A stretch of DNA of 64,000 bases, taken from Fidelibacterota bacterium (lineage in GTDB: Bacteria; Fidelibacterota; UBA2242; JAFGTP01). The first letter of the stretch is position 1; every line of letters begins with the position of its first letter. A program made the translations under genes and the position numbers. The DNA lies in NCBI GenBank assembly GCA_016934035.1, contig JAFGTP010000011.1, positions 60,486 through 124,485 on the forward strand, written 5' to 3'. Of the stretch, positions 38,750 through 48,883 are shown one piece after another. The notes under the pieces are model-generated. The model saw nothing but the letters and a program-made list of their open reading frames with translations, was not told the DNA's origin and ran no database searches.

Positions 38750-39628
38750 TTATTTTCCTTTAATGAATTTAGGAAATAAAAGTGGTGTTGCTTTCTTGTA
38801 GGCTTCATAGTCTTTTTGCCCGCCCCATTTTTTGTTACCCCGTTTTTCCAGAATGGGGATACCACTGATTTTGGTCAGCAAAAAAATCACAAAAACCGGG
38901 GAAACAAGCCCTGTCCACTGCAATCCGCGGAATACCGGAAGTGCGATCACCAGAATCCCAAGCCACAGCAGGATTTCGCCAAAATAATTGGGATGACGGG
39001 AAAGCGACCATAATCCGGACTGAATAAATTTGTCCTTGTTCTCAGGATTACTTTTAAAGCGACTTTTCTGATGGTCTGCAATGCTTTCAAACAGGAATCC
39101 GATGAGCCAGAGAATTCCTCCTGCAAGAGTGAATAAATCCGGTTCGACCACCCTTTCCGATGTCAATACAATCAAAGCAGCCAGCAGCGTCAGCGTGACC
39201 CACATGCCCTGTAATGTCCAGGCGTTTAAAAATCGAATGAAGGATGTTTTTAATTCATCAAAACGGCCGTCTTTTCCGGTTTTATGAACACGCAGAAAAA
39301 GAAAACTTCCCAATCGGAGGGCCCAGATTGTGATCATGGAAAGAATTAAAATTGACCGGGTATCAAAATTTTTACTGATCGTGAAAGCCAAATAAATAGT
39401 CACTAGGTAAGTTAAACTGCCCACCAGATCATAGGTTTTTTCCGTCTGAAAAAGATAGGCAGGTATGAAAGCAATCCACTGGATTAAAAAAATGGTTAAA
39501 ACCGATACAAGAATCAGCGGATAACCAAAAATTTTTACACTTTCTACTCCAGCCAATCCGGCAAAACTAAAGGATATCAGCAATACGGTCGGCGGTATCA
39601 GATATAATTGATTATTAGATGATTTCAT
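38750..39628 (-). CDS. DUF1295/steroid-5-alpha-reductase-like (ICMT-related) membrane protein
   Basis: Polytopic. The C-terminal motif LSRHPNYFGEILLWLG is typical of DUF1295/ICMT-class membrane enzymes. Confidence 0.55.
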   Translation of the reverse strand: MKSSNNQLYLIPPTVLLISFSFAGLAGVESVKIFGYPLILVSVLTIFLIQWIAFIPAYLFQTEKTYDLVGSLTYLVTIYLAFTISKNFDTRSILILSMITIWALRLGSFLFLRVHKTGKDGRFDELKTSFIRFLNAWTLQGMWVTLTLLAALIVLTSERVVEPDLFTLAGGILWLIGFLFESIADHQKSRFKSNPENKDKFIQSGLWSLSRHPNYFGEILLWLGILVIALPVFRGLQWTGLVSPVFVIFLLTKISGIPILEKRGNKKWGGQKDYEAYKKATPLLFPKFIKGK

Positions 39629-39831
39629 AATTTTTTCCTTATAAAATTTTTAACTCTTTGAGCCCTGCTGGTCCTGATTGGTTACAGCCGGTGAAAGGAA
39701 CATTTTAAACAGGCCCGAAGATCAAGTATCTGGTGATTGATTCAAATCCTGGAATATTTGCTTTCCACAGTTGGAAAAACATGACAATATTGTCAGAATA
39801 TGCATCAGAGTTATGATATTCTTCTGGTTAT

Positions 39832-40701
39832 TTAACGTTTGATTACAGAATAGGTATATAACCCCAGGGCCAGCCAGATAAAGGAAAAACTGATCAGATG
39901 AGTCGTGGTAAAGGGTTCATTATAGATCAGGGTTCCGATCAGCAGCATGAAAGTTGGCGAAATGTATTGCAAAAAGCCGACACTTTTCAGAGGAATCATG
40001 GTGACGCCCTGGCCAAAGAGCAAGAGTGGGACAAGAGTGACAATACCGGAAAAAATGAGCAGTGAGACAGTTCTGAAATCGCTGTTCAGAAAGGCAATTT
40101 CAGTAAAACTTTGGACAGAGTTGAAAAAAATAACCAGGAAAAGTGGCAATACCAGGGCCGCTTCCAGCATCAGGGCCGGAATCGCTTTGAGATTGATTTT
40201 TTTTCGTATCAGACTGTAAAGAGCAAAGGTCACTGCCAGGGCCAAAGAGAGTAATGGCAACCGGCCATAATTCAGGGCCAGATACAGCACGCCCAAAAAG
40301 GCCAGAAACACGGATATTTTTTGTTCTCTGGGTAATTTTTCTCTGAGGACCAGAACACCCAGCAATACACTGACCAATGGATTGATATAATATCCGAGAC
40401 TGGCGTCCAGTATGCGATTAATACTGATGGCATAAATAAACAGAAACCAGTTGGTGCCAATCATCAGTGCAGAAAGGAGAATATATTTCAGGTTTTTGTT
40501 ATGCCGGAAGGTATCGCTCAGATAGACGCGGTAGCGGACAGCATTGATAAAAAGCAGTATAATGAGCGTCCAAAAAATCCGGTGTACCAATATTTCCAGT
40601 GGCGAGACCTGTTTCAGCAATTTCCAATAAATAGGCAAAATTCCCCAGCATAAATAAGAAAGAAAGGTATAGAAATAACCTTTAAACGGATGGTGCTTCA
40701 T
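39832..40701 (-). CDS. rarD: RarD-type EamA family transporter
   Basis: 10 TM. N-terminus GYFYTFLSYLCWGILPIYWKLL resembles the RarD signature. Confidence 0.6.
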   Translation of the reverse strand: MKHHPFKGYFYTFLSYLCWGILPIYWKLLKQVSPLEILVHRIFWTLIILLFINAVRYRVYLSDTFRHNKNLKYILLSALMIGTNWFLFIYAISINRILDASLGYYINPLVSVLLGVLVLREKLPREQKISVFLAFLGVLYLALNYGRLPLLSLALAVTFALYSLIRKKINLKAIPALMLEAALVLPLFLVIFFNSVQSFTEIAFLNSDFRTVSLLIFSGIVTLVPLLLFGQGVTMIPLKSVGFLQYISPTFMLLIGTLIYNEPFTTTHLISFSFIWLALGLYTYSVIKR

Positions 40702-41641
40702 TGATAACCTGATCCCGGGATTCGATAAACCGGATAAGCGTGTTACTGATGAGATTGATTATATTAAAGTCGACCTGGTTGTCCCGGGGATTATGAACAT
40801 TTTTAATGTAATAACCACCGGGGACCACAGTCCGGTTCATCATTGAGATGTTTACTGCTCCGGTTTCAGAAAAAGGATAATTATCGGAAATCGGATAGAA
40901 GGGCAGACGTAGCACTTTGCTTTTAATATTTTGGCTAAAAAAGGTATTGGAGAGTTGATGGGCCAGTTCGGCATTTTTGTGGTAGACAATGACGGGAACT
41001 TCCCCATGGGCGACGCAATCCACCGTGATAATTTTTTTATCGGTCAGGAAAAAGTTCTCCTTTTTCCATTTTTTACGCTGCATAAAGGAGCCTAGCAGCC
41101 CCAACTCTTCATTATCAAAAAAGATAAACTTAATTTTGGATTTAAGGTCAGGATTTCCGGATATTTTTTCTGCAATGTCAAGGAGTGTGGCCACTCCGGA
41201 AGTATTGTCGTTTTGATTGACTGGATTGGGAATCAGCAAACTTAAAAATGAGATATAGAAAGTCCATTGAAAGGCCCTCAGCAGCCAGTCGAGGTACTCA
41301 TAGTTTTTCAGAAAAAAACTCCCTGCTGCCAGGATAGTGAATAACATCAGCAGGAGGAGAAACTGCCGGGTATGACCGATTAATCGAAAGAGATATTCGA
41401 AATAAAAGGGCAAAATGGTAGGAGTGTCATAATGAGCACCCAGCACAACCTCACAATCATCCTTTTCTGTTTCCAGGTTTACGCAATTAAAATAGTAGCG
41501 CCCATTTGTGGTTTTCATGGCGTATCCCAGAGACTCCATTTTATTGACGATGAAATCCAGAAAGAGGGTTTTGTCTTTTCGTTTTAAACGTTTAGGGAAT
41601 CGGGCCAGTTCTTTATAAATATCCTGTATCATTCGTTTCAC
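40682..41641 (-). CDS. M28-family zinc peptidase
   Basis: Motifs LGAHYDTP, NTSGVATLL and FIFFDNEELGLLGS match the M28 family. It overlaps the rarD start by 20 nt. Confidence 0.55.
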   Translation of the reverse strand: MKRMIQDIYKELARFPKRLKRKDKTLFLDFIVNKMESLGYAMKTTNGRYYFNCVNLETEKDDCEVVLGAHYDTPTILPFYFEYLFRLIGHTRQFLLLLMLFTILAAGSFFLKNYEYLDWLLRAFQWTFYISFLSLLIPNPVNQNDNTSGVATLLDIAEKISGNPDLKSKIKFIFFDNEELGLLGSFMQRKKWKKENFFLTDKKIITVDCVAHGEVPVIVYHKNAELAHQLSNTFFSQNIKSKVLRLPFYPISDNYPFSETGAVNISMMNRTVVPGGYYIKNVHNPRDNQVDFNIINLISNTLIRFIESRDQVINEAPSV

Positions 41642-41799
41642 CTGAAATTTACAGGCAAAATAAAGGAAATTGTTTGAAAAACAAATACTTTTATTTCACT
41701 TAAAAAGTGATAACATTTTTTAAGTATTATTTTCTGGTCCTCTGATGATCAAAAACAGAAAACAGCGGTGCGGGAATGGTCAGCAATCTGATTTGTGAA

Positions 41800-43728
41800 T
41801 CATTGGGCAGGTACAAACCGGGCTGCAAAACCGCCCCCTGGCGCCAGATGGATTTTCAGCAAATCACCGGCAGTGACTTCCTTTTTGGTTTGTTTAAAAT
41901 CCTCAGCATTTTTATCCGCATTTATTCCATCCTGGTAAATGATTGCTTGATATTTACCTTTACCCAGAAAATCAAGTTTGATATCAAAATCCCGAGCGGT
42001 CCAGTCGGTCATTGAACCAAGATAAAACTCCCGGCCGCTTTGCCGGACTGTGACGATATAATCGCCGACTTTTGCCTGCAGTACTATGGTGTCATCCCAC
42101 ACAGTGGGAACAGCCGATAAGAATTCCATACATGCTGGCTCGGCGTAATAATGTGATGGATTGTCGGCCAGCATTTGCAGGGGACTTCCGTAGACAATAT
42201 ACATGGCCAGTTGTTGACAGCGGGTGCCCAGAGTCATTGGTTTGGACCAAGTGGGATGGAAATTGGATTTGATTGTGTTTCTCATACCACCGGGAGTGTA
42301 ATCCATCGGTCCTGCTACATTGCGGGTAAAGGGCAGAATTAGTGCCCATTCCGGATTGGCCCAGTCACTCCATTTTGCCTGTTCCAGTCCGCGGACACCT
42401 TCGCGGGTGATGACATTGGGATAGGTACGCCGTAAACCAGCCGGTTTGTAGGAACCATGAAAATCCACTAACATTTTTCGCCTGGCGGCTTCCCGGGCTA
42501 TTTTTTCATAATACTGGACCATCCATTGGTCATCCCGTTGCATAAAGTCCACTTTGATGCCTTTGATGCCCCATTTTTCGAACTGGTCCAGGGCTTCATC
42601 TAGCTTGTCATCCAGTGCCTTCCAGGTGGTCCACAGAATCAGGCCAACGCCGGTTTGCTTACTGTAGCGCGACAGTTCGTTCATATCTACATCTGGATTG
42701 ACTTTCATCAGGTCTTTCAGGTCATACCAGCCTTCATCGAGGATAATGTACTCAAGACCATAGGTTGAGGCAAAATCCATGTAGTATTTGTAAGTAGCGG
42801 TATTGACGCCTGATTCGAAATCCACTCCCCTGATATTGAGTGCATTCCACCAGTCCCATGCAACTTTTCCGGGCCGGATCCAGTCCGTGTCTTTTAACCG
42901 GCATTCCCCGGCAAGTTGGTAAACCAGTTGTGATTCTGCGATTTCTTTGTCTTCACCGATGATCATCAGGCGCCAGGGGAATTTTCTTGTGCCCTCGGTT
43001 TTCGCCAGGAAGTTTTCGGTTTCAGTGATGATTACATCGCGGTCGCTGGTTTGTCGGGTGGTTTTGGGATATTTGGGAAAGATGGCTTTCAATCCGTTTT
43101 CTTTTCCTGTCAGATAAAAACCCGGATAGTCGAATAAGGCCGATTCTGAAATAAATATTTTAATATTATTGGATCCATCTATCAAAGTCGGTATGGAACA
43201 GAACTTTTGACCAATTTCTTCCAAAGACAGGTATTTGTATTCTCGTTCCTGGTGACTGTACATGCTTTCTTCTTCCGGGAACCAGAGATTGTAATTTGCC
43301 GGGAAATTGTATTCGATGGTTTCATTGACAATGGTCTGCTCCTCTTTCTGCTCAGTGACAAACCTGTAGGCAAAACCATGATTGTAGGCCCTGAATATCA
43401 GATTGAATTCATTAAAAAAAAGTGTCAATTCCCGGTAATGGTCCCGTATCTCTTTACTTTTTTCCCGAACAACAGGACGGAGGGTCATATCAATTTCATG
43501 GTTTTGTACCCGGCTTACGGTTGCGCCGGGTCCCAGTTGCCGGCTTGCAGTTTGCAGGGCAATTTGTGAAGGGTTTAAAATTTTTTGCTGGTTGTATGTT
43601 AATTCATAGGTAATGATTTTGTCTACGTTTACAATTGCTTCCAAAAAATTGTTCGGCGATGAAATTTTGTAAGAATTTCCCCATAAAAAACAAACGGTTG
43701 AAAGGAATATTAAGATCGATTTTTTCAT
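41800..43728 (-). CDS. Glycoside hydrolase family 97-like (alpha-glucosidase/alpha-galactosidase type)
   Basis: Signal peptide MKKSILIFLSTVCFLW (start at 43728). The N-terminus resembles the SusB-type GH97 N-domain. Central (beta/alpha)8-like region with the KVDFMQRDDQ motif. Confidence 0.6.
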   Translation of the reverse strand: MKKSILIFLSTVCFLWGNSYKISSPNNFLEAIVNVDKIITYELTYNQQKILNPSQIALQTASRQLGPGATVSRVQNHEIDMTLRPVVREKSKEIRDHYRELTLFFNEFNLIFRAYNHGFAYRFVTEQKEEQTIVNETIEYNFPANYNLWFPEEESMYSHQEREYKYLSLEEIGQKFCSIPTLIDGSNNIKIFISESALFDYPGFYLTGKENGLKAIFPKYPKTTRQTSDRDVIITETENFLAKTEGTRKFPWRLMIIGEDKEIAESQLVYQLAGECRLKDTDWIRPGKVAWDWWNALNIRGVDFESGVNTATYKYYMDFASTYGLEYIILDEGWYDLKDLMKVNPDVDMNELSRYSKQTGVGLILWTTWKALDDKLDEALDQFEKWGIKGIKVDFMQRDDQWMVQYYEKIAREAARRKMLVDFHGSYKPAGLRRTYPNVITREGVRGLEQAKWSDWANPEWALILPFTRNVAGPMDYTPGGMRNTIKSNFHPTWSKPMTLGTRCQQLAMYIVYGSPLQMLADNPSHYYAEPACMEFLSAVPTVWDDTIVLQAKVGDYIVTVRQSGREFYLGSMTDWTARDFDIKLDFLGKGKYQAIIYQDGINADKNAEDFKQTKKEVTAGDLLKIHLAPGGGFAARFVPAQ

Positions 43729-43930
43729 GATTTCCCTCCTTTGAATAATCCCTCTAAACGAGATTAATATATTTGAAGGAATCTGAAATAAAAAGTAATT
43801 TTTCATGCCTCATAAACAAAAACAGCTGCAAAAAAGCTGTTTATAATTTGTTTAAACAAAACAAACTCCAAACTAACATTACATTGCTTAATATTTTGGC
43901 ATGAGGATTTATTAACTAATTGGAGGTTTT

Positions 43931-46729
43931 ATGAAAAGAAATTGGTTTTTGATTATTTTTTCTATTTTAATCGTTAACACTGTTTTATTGGCCACTCCGG
44001 GGACCATCAGCGGAAAAATTATTGATGATGATAATTTTTCCCTGGCCGGCGCCAATGTTTTTATACCCGTGCTGGGGTCAGGAACAGCAACCAATCATAA
44101 CGGAGAATTTGTGCTGGTCAATGTTCCGGAAGGTGAATATGAATTGAAAGTTACCTATATGGGCTATGAACAGCAAGCCCTGAAGGTAAAAGTTGAGGGC
44201 GGAAAATCTTCTGTTCTGACGATTGAAATGAAGCCGGGTGTGATAGTCGGAAATGAAGTTCTGGTTTTAGGTGATCGTCTGAAAGGACAGGCAAAAGCAC
44301 TTCAACAGCAAAAAACCAGTGGTAGAATCAGCAATGTGGTTTCTTCCGATCAAATTGGACGTTTTCCCGATGCCAATATCGGTGACGCTTTAAAACGCAT
44401 TCCATCGATCCATGTGAATTATGATCAGGGTGAAGCCCGATTTGTCAATATCCGCGGTACAGAGGCCCGACTGAATTCTGTGATGATCAATGGTGACCGG
44501 GTGCCTTCAGCTGAAGGGGAAATCCGGACAGTCCAGGTGGATTTAATTCCTTCCGACATGATTCAAACCATTGAAGTCAGCAAAGCCATTACGGCTGATA
44601 TGGATGCTGATGCAATCGGCGGTGCTATTAATCTGGTGACCCGCCAGGCCCCTAATGGCCGTCGAATTTCCGGCACCCTAGGCAGCGGATACAATTTTAT
44701 ATCTGCAAAGCCGCAAATGATCGGCTCCGGTGTATTGGGACAAAGATTTTTTAAAAATAAGCTGGGTGTTGTGCTGTCAGCTTCCTATTTTGATAACCCG
44801 ATGGGCTCCCATGATGCTGAAGGGGAATGGGACTTTGATGATGACGGAAACGTTATGCTGAAAGAATGGCAGATTCGGACTTATTTTGTTCAGAGAATCA
44901 GAAAAAGTATCTCCGGCAATTTTGATTTTGCCATCAATGACAATCATAAACTGATGCTGAATACGATGTACAATCATCGCAATGACTGGGAAAACAGATA
45001 CCGTGTGGTTTATGCTGACCTGGATGAAGGTGATGAAGCCAAAATTGAAAGGCAGGTGAAAGGCGGGATAGACAATGACGCCAATCATAGTGCCAGACTG
45101 GAAGACCAGCGTATCACCAGTCTCTCATTAAAAGGCGAACATCTCCTGGGAAATATCAAAATGGACTGGTCTGCCGGCTACGCAAAAGCATCTGAAGAAA
45201 GACCCAATGAAAGGTATATTCAATGGGTAGTAGAAGATGTGGAATTTACCCAGGATTTTTCAAAGATGCGGGAACCCAAGATCAATGCGGTTGATGCATC
45301 TGCTATCGCTTATGAAAATTTTGAATTGGATGAGTTAACTGAAGAATATCAGTATACGGACGAACAGGATCTGAATGCCAGATTGAATCTTGTAATTCCG
45401 GTCATCAAAGAAGGCCAATACAACAACAACCTCAAAGTCGGTTTTAAGTATAAACAAAAAGATAAAAAACGGGATAATGAATTCTATGAATACTCTCCAC
45501 TTGAAGAGGGTGACCTGGAATATATGACGAATACAAAATTGAAAGATATCACTGAAGAAAATTTTCTGGCTGGCGATTATGAAGCCGGTGAATTTACCGA
45601 TGCAGAATATCTTGGCGGATTAAAATTAAGTGATGCCTCAAGATTTGAAAAAGAAGATAAACCCGATGAATATGCAGCAGACAACTACGAAGCCACTGAA
45701 ACAGTGACTGCCGGCTATCTGTTGCTGGACCAGAATATCGGTGAAAAACTTTCACTCAATGCCGGATTGCGGGTTGAAATGACCAATATTGATTATACCG
45801 GTAATGAATGGATTGAAGAAGATGAAGAAGGGAATGAAAATGTCATCAAATCCACCAATGGCACAGATGATTACATGGACATTTTACCCAGTTTACATAT
45901 TCGCTATGAATTTGACAAAAATACCATTTTGAAGGCCGCCTGGACCAATACCATTGCCCGTCCGAATTATTACGACCTGGTTCCTTATCGGGCCATCGAG
46001 GGATATGATGAAGGTAATGTTTTTGAGGAAATGGCAGTAGGCAACCCGGCCCTGGAACCTACCCGTTCTATGAATTTCGATCTCATGGGTGAGAAATATT
46101 TCTCCACTATCGGTATTCTATCAGCAGGAGTGTTCTATAAAGCAATTACCGACTATATCTACGTCCAGGAACTGAACGACTTTGAAGAAGACGGCCGAAT
46201 CTATGAGGATTACTTCAAACCCATGAATGGGGGGGATGCAACATTGTATGGTTTTGAATTCGCCTATCAGCAACAATTGGGGTTTATCACGCCGGCTTTA
46301 AAAAATGTTGGTGTTTATTTTAACTATACCTATACCTATTCTGAAGCCGATAATCCGGCAATTGACGATATCCTTGAAGATGCTGATGAAGATAAAATCG
46401 GCCTTCCGGGAACTGCTCCCCATGCCTTAAATACGGCTTTAACCTATCAGACTAAGAAGTTCGGCACCGGCTTGTCCTTTAATTTCACCGATGCTTATCT
46501 TGATGGCGATGAAATGGACCTGACACCCGGCCTGGAAAGATATTATGACAAGGTCACTTACCTGGACTTCAATGCTTCCTACCTGATCAATGATCATTTC
46601 AGGATTTTCCTGGAAGCCAATAATCTTCTGAACCAACCATTAAGGTATTATGCCGGTGATCCGGAAAGGACTTACCAGGGAGAATATTACAATCGTCGTT
46701 TAAGTTTTGGATTAAAATTTGACATGTAA
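43931..46729 (+). CDS. TonB-dependent outer-membrane receptor
   Basis: Signal peptide. Carboxypeptidase-regulatory-like N-domain (ISGKIIDDDNFSLAGANVFIP…GEFVL), plug (GRFPDANIGDALKRIPS) and barrel ending …RRLSFGLKFDM. Confidence 0.85.
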   Translation: MKRNWFLIIFSILIVNTVLLATPGTISGKIIDDDNFSLAGANVFIPVLGSGTATNHNGEFVLVNVPEGEYELKVTYMGYEQQALKVKVEGGKSSVLTIEMKPGVIVGNEVLVLGDRLKGQAKALQQQKTSGRISNVVSSDQIGRFPDANIGDALKRIPSIHVNYDQGEARFVNIRGTEARLNSVMINGDRVPSAEGEIRTVQVDLIPSDMIQTIEVSKAITADMDADAIGGAINLVTRQAPNGRRISGTLGSGYNFISAKPQMIGSGVLGQRFFKNKLGVVLSASYFDNPMGSHDAEGEWDFDDDGNVMLKEWQIRTYFVQRIRKSISGNFDFAINDNHKLMLNTMYNHRNDWENRYRVVYADLDEGDEAKIERQVKGGIDNDANHSARLEDQRITSLSLKGEHLLGNIKMDWSAGYAKASEERPNERYIQWVVEDVEFTQDFSKMREPKINAVDASAIAYENFELDELTEEYQYTDEQDLNARLNLVIPVIKEGQYNNNLKVGFKYKQKDKKRDNEFYEYSPLEEGDLEYMTNTKLKDITEENFLAGDYEAGEFTDAEYLGGLKLSDASRFEKEDKPDEYAADNYEATETVTAGYLLLDQNIGEKLSLNAGLRVEMTNIDYTGNEWIEEDEEGNENVIKSTNGTDDYMDILPSLHIRYEFDKNTILKAAWTNTIARPNYYDLVPYRAIEGYDEGNVFEEMAVGNPALEPTRSMNFDLMGEKYFSTIGILSAGVFYKAITDYIYVQELNDFEEDGRIYEDYFKPMNGGDATLYGFEFAYQQQLGFITPALKNVGVYFNYTYTYSEADNPAIDDILEDADEDKIGLPGTAPHALNTALTYQTKKFGTGLSFNFTDAYLDGDEMDLTPGLERYYDKVTYLDFNASYLINDHFRIFLEANNLLNQPLRYYAGDPERTYQGEYYNRRLSFGLKFDM

Positions 46730-46815
46730 TCGCTGAAAACTTTATAAAAAAGAGACAGGGAAGTTTGCCTTTTGGGTGAATTTCCCTCTCTTTATATAAA
46801 ACCAATGAGGAAAAA

Positions 46816-47904
46816 ATGAAAAAAATAATTTTCATGATCATTTTGTTTATTATTATGATACAATTTTGCAAAAAAACTGAAATTGTCGGATTTACGATCA
46901 CGGCATGGGAAGAAACCGATGAAATGGCAGCCGGTATCCACGATGATGCTGCTGATGATCCAGCCATCTGGATAAATGATGAGGACCGGTCCCAAAGTAT
47001 TGTTTTCGGAACCAATAAAATTGATCAGGGGGGTGTCTATGCTTTTGATCTGAAAGGCAATAAACTGACCTATTATAAAATTGGAGCCATCAACAATATT
47101 GATGTTCGCTATGGACTGACCAATGGATTGGACACCATTGATTTTCTGGGAGGTTCCAACAGAAGTGATACAACCTTGACTTTTATGAAAATTGACTCCA
47201 GGGGCGTATTAACGCCAACAGGTAAAATTAAATCAAAAGTCGACGAAGTATACGGGTTTTGCCTGCATCATGACAAAAAGAGCAATGAATTCTATGCTTT
47301 TGTCGTCAGTAGTTCTGGGCAACTGGAGCAATGGGAATTGGGACTATCTGAAGATTTGATGATTACCGGTGAACTGGTCCGCCAAATCGAGGTTGGCTCA
47401 AAATGCGAGGGCTTGGTAGCCGATGATGAACTGAATATACTCTATGTTGGCGAAGAAGAAAATTGTATCTGGAAATACAGTACCGATGCGACAACGGGAG
47501 AAAGCCGGGAAAAACTGGTCATGTCGGGTGCGGAAAATTCAAAAATCGCCTATGATATTGAAGGACTGGGTCTATATTACATGCCCAATGGTGAGGGGTA
47601 CCTGATTGCTTCCAGCCAGGGAAATTTTTCTTATGCCCTTTTTGATCGAAAAAAGGGTCATTACCTGACAAGTTTTTCTGTTGTGGACGGTACAATCGAT
47701 GGCGTCCAGGAAACCGATGGCCTGGAAATACTCAACCTGTCATTAAATGAAGAATTTGATTCAGGTTTGCTGGTAGTCCAGGACGGATACAATTACAACA
47801 AGGATAAAAAATATTCACAGAATTTTAAATACATCCGATGGCAGGATATCGTAAATTCAAGTGACGTTGAATTAAAAATAAATAATGAATATGATATCCG
47901 TTAA
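46816..47904 (+). CDS. Beta-propeller phytase (3-phytase)
   Basis: Strong collinear similarity to Bacillus PhyC-type phytases: DDAADDPAIWI…GTNK, VYGFCLHH, EGLVADDE…LYVGEE…IWKY, DIEGLGLYY…GYLIASSQGNFSYALFDR, ETDGLEI, VVQDG…QNFKYIRW. Confidence 0.85.
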   Translation: MKKIIFMIILFIIMIQFCKKTEIVGFTITAWEETDEMAAGIHDDAADDPAIWINDEDRSQSIVFGTNKIDQGGVYAFDLKGNKLTYYKIGAINNIDVRYGLTNGLDTIDFLGGSNRSDTTLTFMKIDSRGVLTPTGKIKSKVDEVYGFCLHHDKKSNEFYAFVVSSSGQLEQWELGLSEDLMITGELVRQIEVGSKCEGLVADDELNILYVGEEENCIWKYSTDATTGESREKLVMSGAENSKIAYDIEGLGLYYMPNGEGYLIASSQGNFSYALFDRKKGHYLTSFSVVDGTIDGVQETDGLEILNLSLNEEFDSGLLVVQDGYNYNKDKKYSQNFKYIRWQDIVNSSDVELKINNEYDIR

Positions 47905-47941
47905 TTGATATTATTTTGTACTTCCCTCCTTCCTTACTCAC

Positions 47942-47977
47942 AAAAGGATGCATTTTTATTGCATCCTTTTTTTATTT
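47942..47977 (+). terminator. Rho-independent terminator after phytase gene
   Basis: AAAAGGATGCA-tttttat-TGCATCCTTTT followed by TTTTATTT. Confidence 0.55.
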
Positions 47978-48017
47978 CCTGGAAAATTATAAATTTTCTT
48001 TAACAGAAGGAGTAATT

Positions 48018-48755
48018 ATGAAAAAGATTTTAGGTATATTCATGATAACCATTTTTCTATCCCAATGTGGAACGATGAAACCAAATTTTGAAGTCAGATC
48101 CGGACAAAATCCGGCAGTTTTTAAAAAGACCCTGAAAAAAGAGATTATGGTCAATTACCTGATCCATTTGCCGGAAAATTATAAGAAAGACGGCCAGTCC
48201 TTTCCCATGCTGGTTTTTCTGCATGGTGCCGGAGAAAGAGGCAACGATATAGAAAAAGTAAAAGCCTGGGGCCCGCCGAAAATTGCAGAAAATGACAAAT
48301 CCTTTCCCTATGTTCTGGTTTCGCCTCAGTGCCCGGAGGGAGACTGGTGGTCCAATCCCTCACAGTTGGAAAATCTTTATGTTCTTATCACTGCGGTAAT
48401 GGAAAATTATAACGTGGACAAAAGCAAAGTATATCTGACTGGTTTGAGCATGGGCGGGTATGGCACCTGGGCACTGGCAATTCAGCATCCAGAACTTTTT
48501 GCTGCCATTGCACCGATATGCGGTGGAGGTCAGCCTCGCATGACACGCAATCTGGTCGATATACCGACCTGGGTTTTTCATGGCGCCAAAGATACGGTTG
48601 TACCCATAAACGAATCGGAAAATATGGTTAATGCCCTGAAAAAGTTTGGCGGTAATGTAAAATTTACCGTTTTCCCCGAAGCCACTCACAATTCGTGGAC
48701 CCAGGCATATAATGAAACGGACCTGCTTACTTGGTTTTTAAAGTATCAGAAATAA
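48018..48755 (+). CDS. Alpha/beta-hydrolase esterase lipoprotein
   Basis: Lipobox FLSQCG. LVFLHGAGERGND and GLSMGGYGTW (GxSxG nucleophile elbow) with downstream His. Confidence 0.6.
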   Translation: MKKILGIFMITIFLSQCGTMKPNFEVRSGQNPAVFKKTLKKEIMVNYLIHLPENYKKDGQSFPMLVFLHGAGERGNDIEKVKAWGPPKIAENDKSFPYVLVSPQCPEGDWWSNPSQLENLYVLITAVMENYNVDKSKVYLTGLSMGGYGTWALAIQHPELFAAIAPICGGGQPRMTRNLVDIPTWVFHGAKDTVVPINESENMVNALKKFGGNVKFTVFPEATHNSWTQAYNETDLLTWFLKYQK

Positions 48756-48760
48756 AAATA

Positions 48761-48788
48761 AAAGCCTTCTTTGAAGGTTTTTATTTTT
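48761..48788 (+). terminator. Weak terminator-like hairpin
   Basis: AAAGCCTTC-tttg-GAAGGTTTT (one mismatch) followed by TATTTTT. Confidence 0.35.
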
Positions 48789-48883
48789 CAGGTCCTTTTC
48801 TCAACCAGTAAATCTGTTTTTATTCTGGTGTTAATTTTTTAACTTTACAGGCTGATGTAAATTAAAAATTGGAGCCTGAGCTG

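Noticed and set aside
43896-43912. TTGGCAT-N5-TTTAT upstream of the TonB receptor at 43931
   Set aside because: The -24-like half matches the elements seen elsewhere. The -12 half lacks TTG, and the implied transcription start would fall inside the RBS, only 9 nt before the ATG. It is too weak to call.
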